Assembly (NCBI GenBank): GCA_964230605.1 | Contig: CAXRIN010000083.1 | Location: forward strand, 2,643 to 66,642 | Origin: Flavobacteriaceae bacterium | Lineage (GTDB): Bacteria; Bacteroidota; Bacteroidia; Flavobacteriales_C; GCA-002722245 | Direction: 5' to 3' | DNA: 64,000 nt | Shown here: positions 56,569 to 64,000 of the stretch, piece by piece | Layout of the letters: each line of letters opens with the position of its first letter | Position numbering within the stretch: position 1 is the first letter of the stretch | Translations under genes and position numbers: made by a program | Notes under the pieces: generated by a model | Seen by the model: the letters and a program-made list of their open reading frames with translations, nothing else | What the model was told of the DNA's origin: nothing | Databases searched by the model: none

Positions 56569-57056
56569 TTATAAACTTTTTGAAAGTTGGTATTGGTCAT
56601 CCATTTGCCCCAGGATTCATCATAGGTATGTACGAAGTTTGTATTCATGCCATTTGGAGCACAAACACTGTTGCTGTCGTTTACCCATTGTAAAATCCCT
56701 CCGTAAAGATTGTAAACGTTTTTGTATCCCTTCTTTTTAAGTTTTTCGGCAATCTTTTCACTTCGGTATCCTATTGTGCAGTAAACAACGATTTTATCAT
56801 TTTTATCCAAGGTTAAATTTTTGAAGTCGGGATTGTCGTAGTCGATAAATTGAGCTCCTTTGATTTTGCTTGTAGAATACTCACTAGTGCTTCTAGCGTC
56901 AACTAATTTTACACTGTCTAATATACGAACAAGATGATTAGTTGAAATGGTATCAACAGTATAGTTTAAATATGAATTCACTGTCGCATCAAAATCTTTT
57001 TGTGCACAAGCGCTTAAAATGATAACTGAGAAAAATATTGAGAATATGTTACGCAT
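56565..57056 (-). CDS. rhodanese-domain lipoprotein
   Basis: Signal MRNIFSIFFSVIILSAC (start moved to the second Met). The active-site loop is VVYCTIGYRS. Confidence 0.75.
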   Translation of the reverse strand: MRNIFSIFFSVIILSACAQKDFDATVNSYLNYTVDTISTNHLVRILDSVKLVDARSTSEYSTSKIKGAQFIDYDNPDFKNLTLDKNDKIVVYCTIGYRSEKIAEKLKKKGYKNVYNLYGGILQWVNDSNSVCAPNGMNTNFVHTYDESWGKWMTNTNFQKVYN

Positions 57057-57720
57057 AGTTTCTTGCTCCAAAAATTGAACTTCCAACCCTAACCATTGTA
57101 CTTCCTTCTTCGATTGCTAATTGATAATCTCCACTCATTCCCATGCTAATAGTATTGAAAGAAGGAGAGTTTTCAAAGAATTCAGATTTCAGTGAATCAA
57201 ATATCTGTTTTAAAGATTGGAATTCTTGTCTTATTTGCGACTCATTGTCCACAAATGATGCCATTCCCATAACTCCCGCAACTTTAATATTTTCTAAAGC
57301 TTGGAATTCATCCGATTTCAAAATATCACGAGCCTCGTCAATTTGTAATCCGAATTTTGTTGATTCAATCGCGATATGAAACTGAAGTAAAACGTTAATG
57401 ATTCTGTTATTCTTTTTAGCTTGTTTGTTTATTTCTTCAAGAAGTTTGAAAGACTCAACCCCATGGATAAGCGATATGTAAGGAGCGATATATTTAACCT
57501 TGTTAGTTTGCATGTGGCCAATCATATGCCATTCAATATCTTTCGGTAGAGCAGGTTGTTTTTCTCTTAATTCTTGGACTTTGTTTTCTCCAAAAATCCT
57601 TTGACCAGCATCGTATGCCTCTTGTAAATCTGAAATTGGTTTTGTTTTACTAACGGCAACAAGTGTTACTTGGTCAGGTAGAGATTTTTTAATTTCCTTA
57701 AGGTTTGATGAAATTGACAT
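57049..57720 (-). CDS. yggS: YggS-family pyridoxal-phosphate homeostasis protein
   Basis: 223 aa with the PLP-Lys context LVAVSKTKP and HMIGHMQTNK. Confidence 0.85.
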   Translation of the reverse strand: MSISSNLKEIKKSLPDQVTLVAVSKTKPISDLQEAYDAGQRIFGENKVQELREKQPALPKDIEWHMIGHMQTNKVKYIAPYISLIHGVESFKLLEEINKQAKKNNRIINVLLQFHIAIESTKFGLQIDEARDILKSDEFQALENIKVAGVMGMASFVDNESQIRQEFQSLKQIFDSLKSEFFENSPSFNTISMGMSGDYQLAIEEGSTMVRVGSSIFGARNYA

Positions 57721-57739
57721 TTCACAAATTTAAAATTTA

Positions 57740-57838
57740 CCCATTAGAGCGCACAGAGATCTCGGAGTTATTTTATCTAAATCTATGTAAAGTTGAAATA
57801 ATGACATGTTACTCATTAGACTCTGAGAACTCTGAGGG
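57740..57838. repeat. cargo-less degenerate copy of the CTCAGAG inverted-repeat cassette
   Basis: Left arm is cccattagagcgcacagagatctcggagttatttt and right arm is actcattagactctgagaactctgaggg. The right arm matches 21495-21522 at 22/28 positions. The spacer is ~35 bp, compared with ~490 bp in the full cassette. Confidence 0.6.
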
Positions 57839-57868
57839 ATTTTCTACCTAAAAAAGAAACCGAATAAC

Positions 57869-57876
57869 TATATTTG
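57869..57876 (+). promoter_or_regulatory. candidate -7 promoter box TATATTTG for the GT1 gene
   Basis: Perfect TAnnTTTG match. The track's TTG start (57874) lies inside it. Confidence 0.4.
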
Positions 57877-57894
57877 GCAACCGAAAACAAGTCA

Positions 57895-58959
57895 TTGAAA
57901 GTCCTATTTTGCATACCGTATCCCAAAGGAACAGCTGGAAGTCAGCGTTTTCGCTTTGAGCAATACATGGATTTTCTTGAAGAAAGAGGGATTGAATACC
58001 ATGTATCTTCTTTTTGGGACGAGAAAGCATGGTCTGTTTTATATAAAAAAGGCGCTGTTATTTCGAAAATGTTAGCAACATTTAGAGGTTTAGTCAGACG
58101 TTATGCTTTGTTATTTACAGCCTTTAAATATGATAGGATTTTTATTCATCGAGAACTTTATCCTTTAGGACCTCAAATGGTTGAGTTTGTTTTAGCGAAA
58201 GTTTACAAAAAGAAAATTATCTACGATTTCGATGATGCCGTATGGTTGCCTAATTATGCTGCCAATAATTCAAAGTTCGCCTTCATAAAAAGCTATGGTC
58301 ATGTTAAAAAGTTATGCAAGTATGCTTACAAGCTAAGCGTTGGTAATGATTATTTAGCAGACTTTGGTAGACAATACAATAAAAATGTAGTGGTTAATCC
58401 AACTACGATTGATACAGAGAATTATCATAATCAAATAAAAAATCAAGATTCACAAGAGTTTGTGATTGGTTGGACTGGGACTCACTCTACATTAAGGTAC
58501 TTAACGGAAATGGTTCCCTTGTTTAAAAGACTGGAACAGGAGTTTGAATTTAAATTGGTGATTATTAGTGACAAAGACCCTGAGTTTGATTTGGACTCTT
58601 TAGTTTTTGTAAAATGGCAAAAGGAAACGGAAATAAAAGATTTATTGAGGTTTAATATTGGCTTGATGCCTTTGGTTGATGATAAATGGGCCAACGGGAA
58701 ATGCGGCTTCAAAGCGCTTCAATATATGAGTTTAGGAATTCCTGCGATTGTTTCGCCAGTTGGTGTAAATACAAAAATTGTTGATCACGAAGTCAATGGT
58801 TATGTATGTAATACCATGGAGGAGTGGGAGAATACGTTAAGGTTGGTGTTGTCTGATAAAGAGAAAGTAAAAGAAGTTGCGAAGAATTCGCGAAAGAAAA
58901 TAATAGACAACTATTCTGTGTTGTCGAACAAAGAAAATTTTATTCAATTATTTCAATAA
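57895..58959 (+). CDS. glycosyltransferase family 1 (GT-B) protein
   Basis: GT1-like C-terminal half (GLMPLVDDKWANGKCGFKALQYMSLGIPAIVSPVG). I prefer TTG 57895 (M)KVLFCIPY because 57874 is inside a -7 box. The start remains uncertain. Confidence 0.7.
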   Translation: MKVLFCIPYPKGTAGSQRFRFEQYMDFLEERGIEYHVSSFWDEKAWSVLYKKGAVISKMLATFRGLVRRYALLFTAFKYDRIFIHRELYPLGPQMVEFVLAKVYKKKIIYDFDDAVWLPNYAANNSKFAFIKSYGHVKKLCKYAYKLSVGNDYLADFGRQYNKNVVVNPTTIDTENYHNQIKNQDSQEFVIGWTGTHSTLRYLTEMVPLFKRLEQEFEFKLVIISDKDPEFDLDSLVFVKWQKETEIKDLLRFNIGLMPLVDDKWANGKCGFKALQYMSLGIPAIVSPVGVNTKIVDHEVNGYVCNTMEEWENTLRLVLSDKEKVKEVAKNSRKKIIDNYSVLSNKENFIQLFQ

Positions 58960-58965
58960 TCGATT

Positions 58966-60054
58966 ATGAAGAAATTAGTGCTAAATGATATCCACGAAAA
59001 ACTAGGAGGTAAAATGGTTGACTTTGCTGGTTTTAATATGCCTGTTCAATATGAAGGTGTTAAAGCAGAGCATGCTAACATTAGAACTAATGTTGGGGTA
59101 TTTGATGTGAGTCACATGGGAGAATTTGTTGTTGAAGGAGAAGAAGCGGAGGCTTTTATTCAAAAAACAACTTCAAATGATATTACTTTAATTGGTGACG
59201 GACAAGTTCAATATTCATGTATTCCGAATGATAACGGTGGAATTGTAGATGATTTGTTGATTTACCGTTTCTCAAAAGATAAGTACCTATTGGTTGTTAA
59301 TGCTTCGAATATTGAAAAAGATTGGGAGTGGTTTAACTCCAAAAATGATACTTTGGCAACATTAAAGAATTTAAGTGATGAGTGGAGTTTGTTTGCAGTT
59401 CAAGGTCCTAATTCTACAAAAGTCCTTTCTAAATTAACTGATTTGGATTTAGCTTCAATGAAATACTACACGCTTAAAATTGGCGAGTTTGCTGGAGTTC
59501 AAGGCGTTTTAATTTCAGCAACTGGATACACGGGTGCGGGAGGTTTTGAAATTTATGTAAAAAATGCTGATGCTGTAACAGTTTGGGAGGCAATAATGGA
59601 GGCTGGAGCTGAAGAAGGAATTAAACCAACTGGATTAGCTGCTCGTGATACATTAAGGTTAGAGATGGGGTACGCGCTTTACGGTAATGATATTGATGAT
59701 ACAACTTCGCCGCTTGAAGCCGGTTTAGGTTGGATTACCAAATTAGATACTAATTTTCCAAGTGTAGAAAAATTCAGAAAACAAAAAGAAAACGGAGTTG
59801 TTAGAAAACTTGTTGCTTTTGAATTGGTTGATCGCGGAATCCCTAGAAAAGATTACATAATTGTTAATGAAGGAGGTGATGTTATCGGTAGAGTTACCTC
59901 TGGAACAATGTCTCCAACTTTAGAAAAAGCTATAGGTTTAGGTTACGTGGCTAAAGAGTTTTCAAAAGTAGATTCTGAAATTTTTATTTCAATTCGTGAT
60001 AAGAAAATAAAGGCAAAAGTGGTTCGATTGCCATTTGTAAAGCCTCAGGTGTAA
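58966..60054 (+). CDS. gcvT: glycine cleavage system aminomethyltransferase T
   Basis: 362 aa with MPVQYEG, GVFDVSHMGE, ISATGYTGAGGFEIY and ARDTLRLE. Confidence 0.92.
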   Translation: MKKLVLNDIHEKLGGKMVDFAGFNMPVQYEGVKAEHANIRTNVGVFDVSHMGEFVVEGEEAEAFIQKTTSNDITLIGDGQVQYSCIPNDNGGIVDDLLIYRFSKDKYLLVVNASNIEKDWEWFNSKNDTLATLKNLSDEWSLFAVQGPNSTKVLSKLTDLDLASMKYYTLKIGEFAGVQGVLISATGYTGAGGFEIYVKNADAVTVWEAIMEAGAEEGIKPTGLAARDTLRLEMGYALYGNDIDDTTSPLEAGLGWITKLDTNFPSVEKFRKQKENGVVRKLVAFELVDRGIPRKDYIIVNEGGDVIGRVTSGTMSPTLEKAIGLGYVAKEFSKVDSEIFISIRDKKIKAKVVRLPFVKPQV

Positions 60055-60101
60055 AGTGAAATCTAGGCATTAACCATTATTATAGTTATCTTTCAATAGA
60101 G

Positions 60102-61103
60102 ATGATTCGAATAAGGTTAGTTATACTTCTTTCATTTTTGGTTCATGTGGGGAATGCCCAAGATATCCATTTTACACAATGGATGCACGCTCCACATACT
60201 TACTCTCCTTCATCAATAGGTGATTTCGATGGTCAGTATAGATTTCATGGTAATTACCGAAATCAATGGTCCTCTGTAACAGTTCCCTTCGTGACTTTTG
60301 CAACCATGGCTGAGGCTAATACGCTCGAAGAACATGTGAAAGGGCTATCTGCTGCAGGAGGAATTGTTTATGATGTTACCGGTGATTCAAAGTTTTCTAC
60401 AACACATTTAAACCTAGGTGCTGGATATAAGTTGCCATTACCAGATTCGGTAGGTATATTCAGGTTAGGGATTCAGCCTAGTTTTACCCAAAAGAAAATA
60501 GATTTAGAACAACTGAGATTTGATAATCAGTATAACGGCTATTTTTATGATGGGAGTTTACCAATAGGAGAAAACCTTCCTAGGCTTTCAAGATGGTATT
60601 TCGATTTAGCAATTGGGGCTCAGTTTGAAATGTGGTTATCGAAAAAGCTTAAAGCTCGTACTTCTTTGGCTGCATTTAATATTCTATCACCAAAACAAAG
60701 TTTTTTTAGTAATAACGATATAAGATTGGACAGAAGGTATAGTTTGCAAATCAATGGAGAATATCAATACAATGAAAAGATAAAAATTGAACCAGGAATC
60801 CAATTTTCAAATCAAGGAACCTACTATGCTGTAAATTTTGGTTCGTTGGTTCGTTATGACTTAAGTAAGAGTATTTATTTTAAACAAGCTTTTTTTGCAG
60901 GGCTTTATTTCAGAGCGGTTGACTCAGGTGATTTTATTGTTGGGATGGATTACGGGGATTGGAGAGTTGGAGTTAGTTATGATATTAATTATTCGGGACT
61001 AGTACCAGCATCAAATTACAGAGGTGGTTTTGAGTTAGCGGTAATCTATATTATTCCTAATAAAATTGAAAGACCGAGGTATAAAGTTTGTCCAGATTAT
61101 TAA
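60102..61103 (+). CDS. PorP/SprF-family type IX secretion system membrane protein
   Basis: 333 aa with a signal peptide followed by AQDIHFTQWMHAPHTYSPSSIG, the family's characteristic N-terminus. The remainder is beta-barrel-like. Confidence 0.8.
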   Translation: MIRIRLVILLSFLVHVGNAQDIHFTQWMHAPHTYSPSSIGDFDGQYRFHGNYRNQWSSVTVPFVTFATMAEANTLEEHVKGLSAAGGIVYDVTGDSKFSTTHLNLGAGYKLPLPDSVGIFRLGIQPSFTQKKIDLEQLRFDNQYNGYFYDGSLPIGENLPRLSRWYFDLAIGAQFEMWLSKKLKARTSLAAFNILSPKQSFFSNNDIRLDRRYSLQINGEYQYNEKIKIEPGIQFSNQGTYYAVNFGSLVRYDLSKSIYFKQAFFAGLYFRAVDSGDFIVGMDYGDWRVGVSYDINYSGLVPASNYRGGFELAVIYIIPNKIERPRYKVCPDY

Positions 61104-63430
61104 TGAGAAATTTTCTTGTCATATTATCACTTTTCGTCGCTACCATTGTGAATGGACAGGCGAGAGTATGGGCAAACTTTGGGGAAGAGGCTTTGAGCGA
61201 AGGAGATCATTATGGTGCTTCAAGATTTTTCATCAAAGCTTGGAAGGAGGATTCTACTTATAAAAATCTAGTTTATAATTTGGGATTGTCTTTTAAAGGA
61301 TATCACAACAACGAAAAAGCGTTGTACTATTTTAAAAAGATTGAAAAAAGTCAAGAGCTTCAAATTGCGCATCCAGATTATCATTTTTACTTAGCAGAGA
61401 TATATAAGAGTTTGGGGAACTATTCCTTAGCTAAAGATTATTATGAAAAAAGTTTAAGAGTTAATCGCGACACCCGTTCGTTTGAATACCAAAAAGCAAA
61501 AAATGAGGTAAAGGTTTACAAAAACGTTATAGGCCTTTTGAATGACACGATTGATGTTAAGATTGAAAATTTAGGGAATCGCATAAATACTGGGGTAGCT
61601 GAGTATTATCCAGTTTGGATAAATGATTCAACAATTTTTTATTCAGCCTTAAGAGCTAAAAATGTAGACGCAGAAGGAGTGATTAAAGACAAGCATTATA
61701 ATGTTAAAATTTATAACGCAGCGAAGAAGGATTCTATTTGGGCTTCTCAAGAAGTGCTGTTTTATGCTCCTTTTCAAAATGAATCATATTCCGATGGGAG
61801 TTTAGATGATAACGGAGATTTCTATTTTTCAAAACAACTTGAAAATCAAAATTATCAATTAGTAAAAGGAACGGTTCAAGTTAAAGAAAAAATAAAAGGA
61901 GAAGACAGTTTACAAGTCTTCGAACTTGATACTGTAATTCCTATTGTATTTTCTGAACTTGATGGGGAATATAATTTTCGTAATCCTTTTGTCTTTAACA
62001 AAGCAGGAAAGAAGTTTCTGTTTTTTTCTTCGAATATGCCAGGAGGAAAAGGAGGGATGGATTTGTGGTATTCGGAGCAAAGAGGTGGTGTATGGGGTGC
62101 TCCCAAAAACTTAGGAACGAAAATAAATACTCCTGGGAATGAGGTAGGTCCGAATTATAATACTTCAACCAATAGATTTTATTTCTCTTCAGATTTCCAT
62201 TATGGATTAGGTGGTTTTGATGTTTTTGAAGCTTTGGGGAGCTTGAAACGTCCAGCATCAGTTATTAATCTTGGAATTCCATTTAATACTTCTGCCAACG
62301 ATTTGTATTTTGCTCCGCTAGATTCCTTAAACGGATTATTTACCTCAACCAGAGAAGGATCATTAACCGATAAAGATGCTTCTTGTTGTAATGATTTGTA
62401 TGTGTACAAATATCCAGAACCAGACATTGATTCGGCTTTACTAGAAATAACCGAAGTTTTATCCAGAGATTCAATTATGAAACGATTGCAAAAATTGGTG
62501 AAGGAGTTTCATGTAACATTGTATTTCCATAACGACCGTCCAAATCCAAACAACTGGGATACAATTACACCTTATACTTATATGGAAACATATGAGGCTT
62601 ATTTGGATTCTATGCCAACTTATTTTAGGCGGAATACTCTTGCTAAAAATGGAGAAGACTCAGTTGCTGCTTTGAACAAAATAACAGGCTTCTTTGATGA
62701 ATATGTTCATAAAGGAGTAGAGGATTTACGAATTTTTACAGGGGAGTTGATTAAAGAACTTGATGCTGGTCAGCAAATTTTATTGACTGTTAAAGGATAT
62801 GCTTCCCCTTTGGCTAAGTCTGATTATAACGTCAACCTTACTTTAAGAAGGATAAATAGTTTACAAAATTATTTAAGGAGATACCCTGGTGGAGTATTTA
62901 ATAAATATTTAGACGGAACTGCAGAGAATGGAGGACTTTTGAAAATCAAAAAAATACCATTCGGTGAGGTTCGGTCAGATACTACAGTTAGTGATAATTA
63001 TTACAATACAAAGCAATCGGTGTATAGTAAAGAAGCGTCTCTGGAAAGGAAAATTGAAATCATCAACTTAGAACTAATTGAAGATTCTCTTCCAAAAGCT
63101 GATTTCTCTGTGAATTTAGACTCAGCAGAAACTGTGTTTAATCTTGGCTTACTAGATACTAATGAATTTGAATGGCGATTTAACTTACAAAACTTAGGTG
63201 TTGATCCATTAGAAATAGTAAGTATAGACTTAGGATGCCATTGTTTATCATCAGATAGAACTTCATGGAATTTAAAACCTGGAGAAACAGAACCTTTAGA
63301 TATTAAGTTCGATTTGAGAGATTACACAGGGAAAATTGGCAGAAGAATAGTACTTACTTTAAAAGATGGGACAAAAAGAGTTATAACTCTTTTGATGGAG
63401 ATTCCTAATCATCTTTTACCTAAAAAATAA
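61088..63430 (+). CDS. multidomain envelope protein: TPR, TolB/PD40-like repeats, OmpA-like region, DUF1573-like C-terminus
   Basis: 780 aa overlapping the PorP/SprF gene by 16 nt. It has TPR units near the N-terminus, GGMDLWYS / GGFDVFEA PD40-like repeats, TVKGYASPLAKSDYNVNLTLRRINSL (OmpA-like) and a C-terminal ...LEIVSIDLGCHCLS. Confidence 0.6.
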   Translation: MSRLLMRNFLVILSLFVATIVNGQARVWANFGEEALSEGDHYGASRFFIKAWKEDSTYKNLVYNLGLSFKGYHNNEKALYYFKKIEKSQELQIAHPDYHFYLAEIYKSLGNYSLAKDYYEKSLRVNRDTRSFEYQKAKNEVKVYKNVIGLLNDTIDVKIENLGNRINTGVAEYYPVWINDSTIFYSALRAKNVDAEGVIKDKHYNVKIYNAAKKDSIWASQEVLFYAPFQNESYSDGSLDDNGDFYFSKQLENQNYQLVKGTVQVKEKIKGEDSLQVFELDTVIPIVFSELDGEYNFRNPFVFNKAGKKFLFFSSNMPGGKGGMDLWYSEQRGGVWGAPKNLGTKINTPGNEVGPNYNTSTNRFYFSSDFHYGLGGFDVFEALGSLKRPASVINLGIPFNTSANDLYFAPLDSLNGLFTSTREGSLTDKDASCCNDLYVYKYPEPDIDSALLEITEVLSRDSIMKRLQKLVKEFHVTLYFHNDRPNPNNWDTITPYTYMETYEAYLDSMPTYFRRNTLAKNGEDSVAALNKITGFFDEYVHKGVEDLRIFTGELIKELDAGQQILLTVKGYASPLAKSDYNVNLTLRRINSLQNYLRRYPGGVFNKYLDGTAENGGLLKIKKIPFGEVRSDTTVSDNYYNTKQSVYSKEASLERKIEIINLELIEDSLPKADFSVNLDSAETVFNLGLLDTNEFEWRFNLQNLGVDPLEIVSIDLGCHCLSSDRTSWNLKPGETEPLDIKFDLRDYTGKIGRRIVLTLKDGTKRVITLLMEIPNHLLPKK

Positions 63431-63450
63431 AACCAGTTTACGACACAAAA

Positions 63451-63702
63451 ATGAGAGCATTTCTAGTTTTAATTATTTTGGCTTCTATAATAAGTTGCGA
63501 TTCGGCGAAGAGTCTAAATGGAAAAGGGAGTTTTAATGGTGTAGATTACTTAGTTTCTGACACTCTTTGTTGGGTAAGGTATTCTGATGAAAGTTTAAGC
63601 AGTGCAAGTCACGCACAACGAATGTCAACGAATACTTCGCAAGAGTTTAATTTATTCCCAAATGGTTTATTAAATGGAATTAATGGGATTAAATTTCAAT
63701 AA
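63451..63702 (+). CDS. small hypothetical lipoprotein
   Basis: 83 aa with lipobox IISC. It is followed in the same frame by another open frame (see findings). Confidence 0.4.
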   Translation: MRAFLVLIILASIISCDSAKSLNGKGSFNGVDYLVSDTLCWVRYSDESLSSASHAQRMSTNTSQEFNLFPNGLLNGINGIKFQ

Positions 63703-63750
63703 AAGGAAAATCAATCCAAATTTTGGAAGAAAGTTCAGGTGTCTGAATCG

Positions 63751-64000
63751 ATGTTAATTTATCCATCTAAAAAAGTGGTTTTTAAAGGTTTTACAGGTAA
63801 ATCAAGTTCTCCGGATTTAGTGTTTCATGCCGTTTATATTGAGTTGGATAATATTAAACAGACTTATGGTGTAATCTTTTCGAATGAAGAAGATTCTGTA
63901 AATAGACGACATGTTATTTGTTCAATTGAGCATTTAGAGAATACACTCAAAACTAAAGTATTTCCAAATCAAGTTTTAAGTTCAGGGGATGGAATGGAAT
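63751..64000 (+). CDS. hypothetical protein, 5' part (runs off the right edge)
   Basis: My translation from ATG 63751 (MLIYPSKKVVFKGFTGKSSSPDLVFHAVYIELDN...) has no stop up to position 64000. It is absent from the track because the frame is open-ended. Confidence 0.3.
   Translation, partial: MLIYPSKKVVFKGFTGKSSSPDLVFHAVYIELDNIKQTYGVIFSNEEDSVNRRHVICSIEHLENTLKTKVFPNQVLSSGDGME

Overview
AT-rich segment (roughly mid-30s %GC by eye, not computed) that looks like a Bacteroidota, Flavobacteriia-type, chromosome. The evidence for that placement is a PorP/SprF gene, a T9SS type-B C-terminal sorting domain, GSCFA, DUF1599-folP and DUF4924/OmpH genes, and repeated TAnnTTTG -7 promoter boxes. I see about 60 protein genes and no rRNA, tRNA, CRISPR array, transposase or integrase. 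Most genes are housekeeping, with many translation and tRNA-modification functions: miaA, cca, tsaC, prfC, prmA, prmC, rimM, a trmN6-like gene and gatCAB/aspS. The main finding is a minus-strand gatC-gatA-gatB::aspS unit (48848-53912). In it, GatB is fused in frame through a ~45-residue low-complexity tether to a complete bacterial-type aspartyl-tRNA synthetase, making it a candidate covalently tethered transamidosome. Three arrays of a TTTGAAC heptamer bracket this locus. Other points of interest: (1) a GxxExxY pseudogene inside a 32-bp inverted-repeat cassette, with a cargo-less mini copy 36 kb away; (2) two families of palindromic hairpin repeats, one of which supplies stop codons to two convergent genes; (3) a bacterial homologue of eukaryotic GTDC1/QTMAN translationally coupled to a mutarotase-like gene; (4) a secreted protein with a ~485-residue E/K/A/R tract; (5) an ABC-F ATPase with one coherently degenerate ATP site; (6) a decayed histidine kinase. 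All family assignments come from motif recognition and memory. No database search, HMM scan or structure prediction was run. Several ORF-track starts (TTG/GTG) were moved to downstream ATG codons where the track start falls inside a -7 promoter box.
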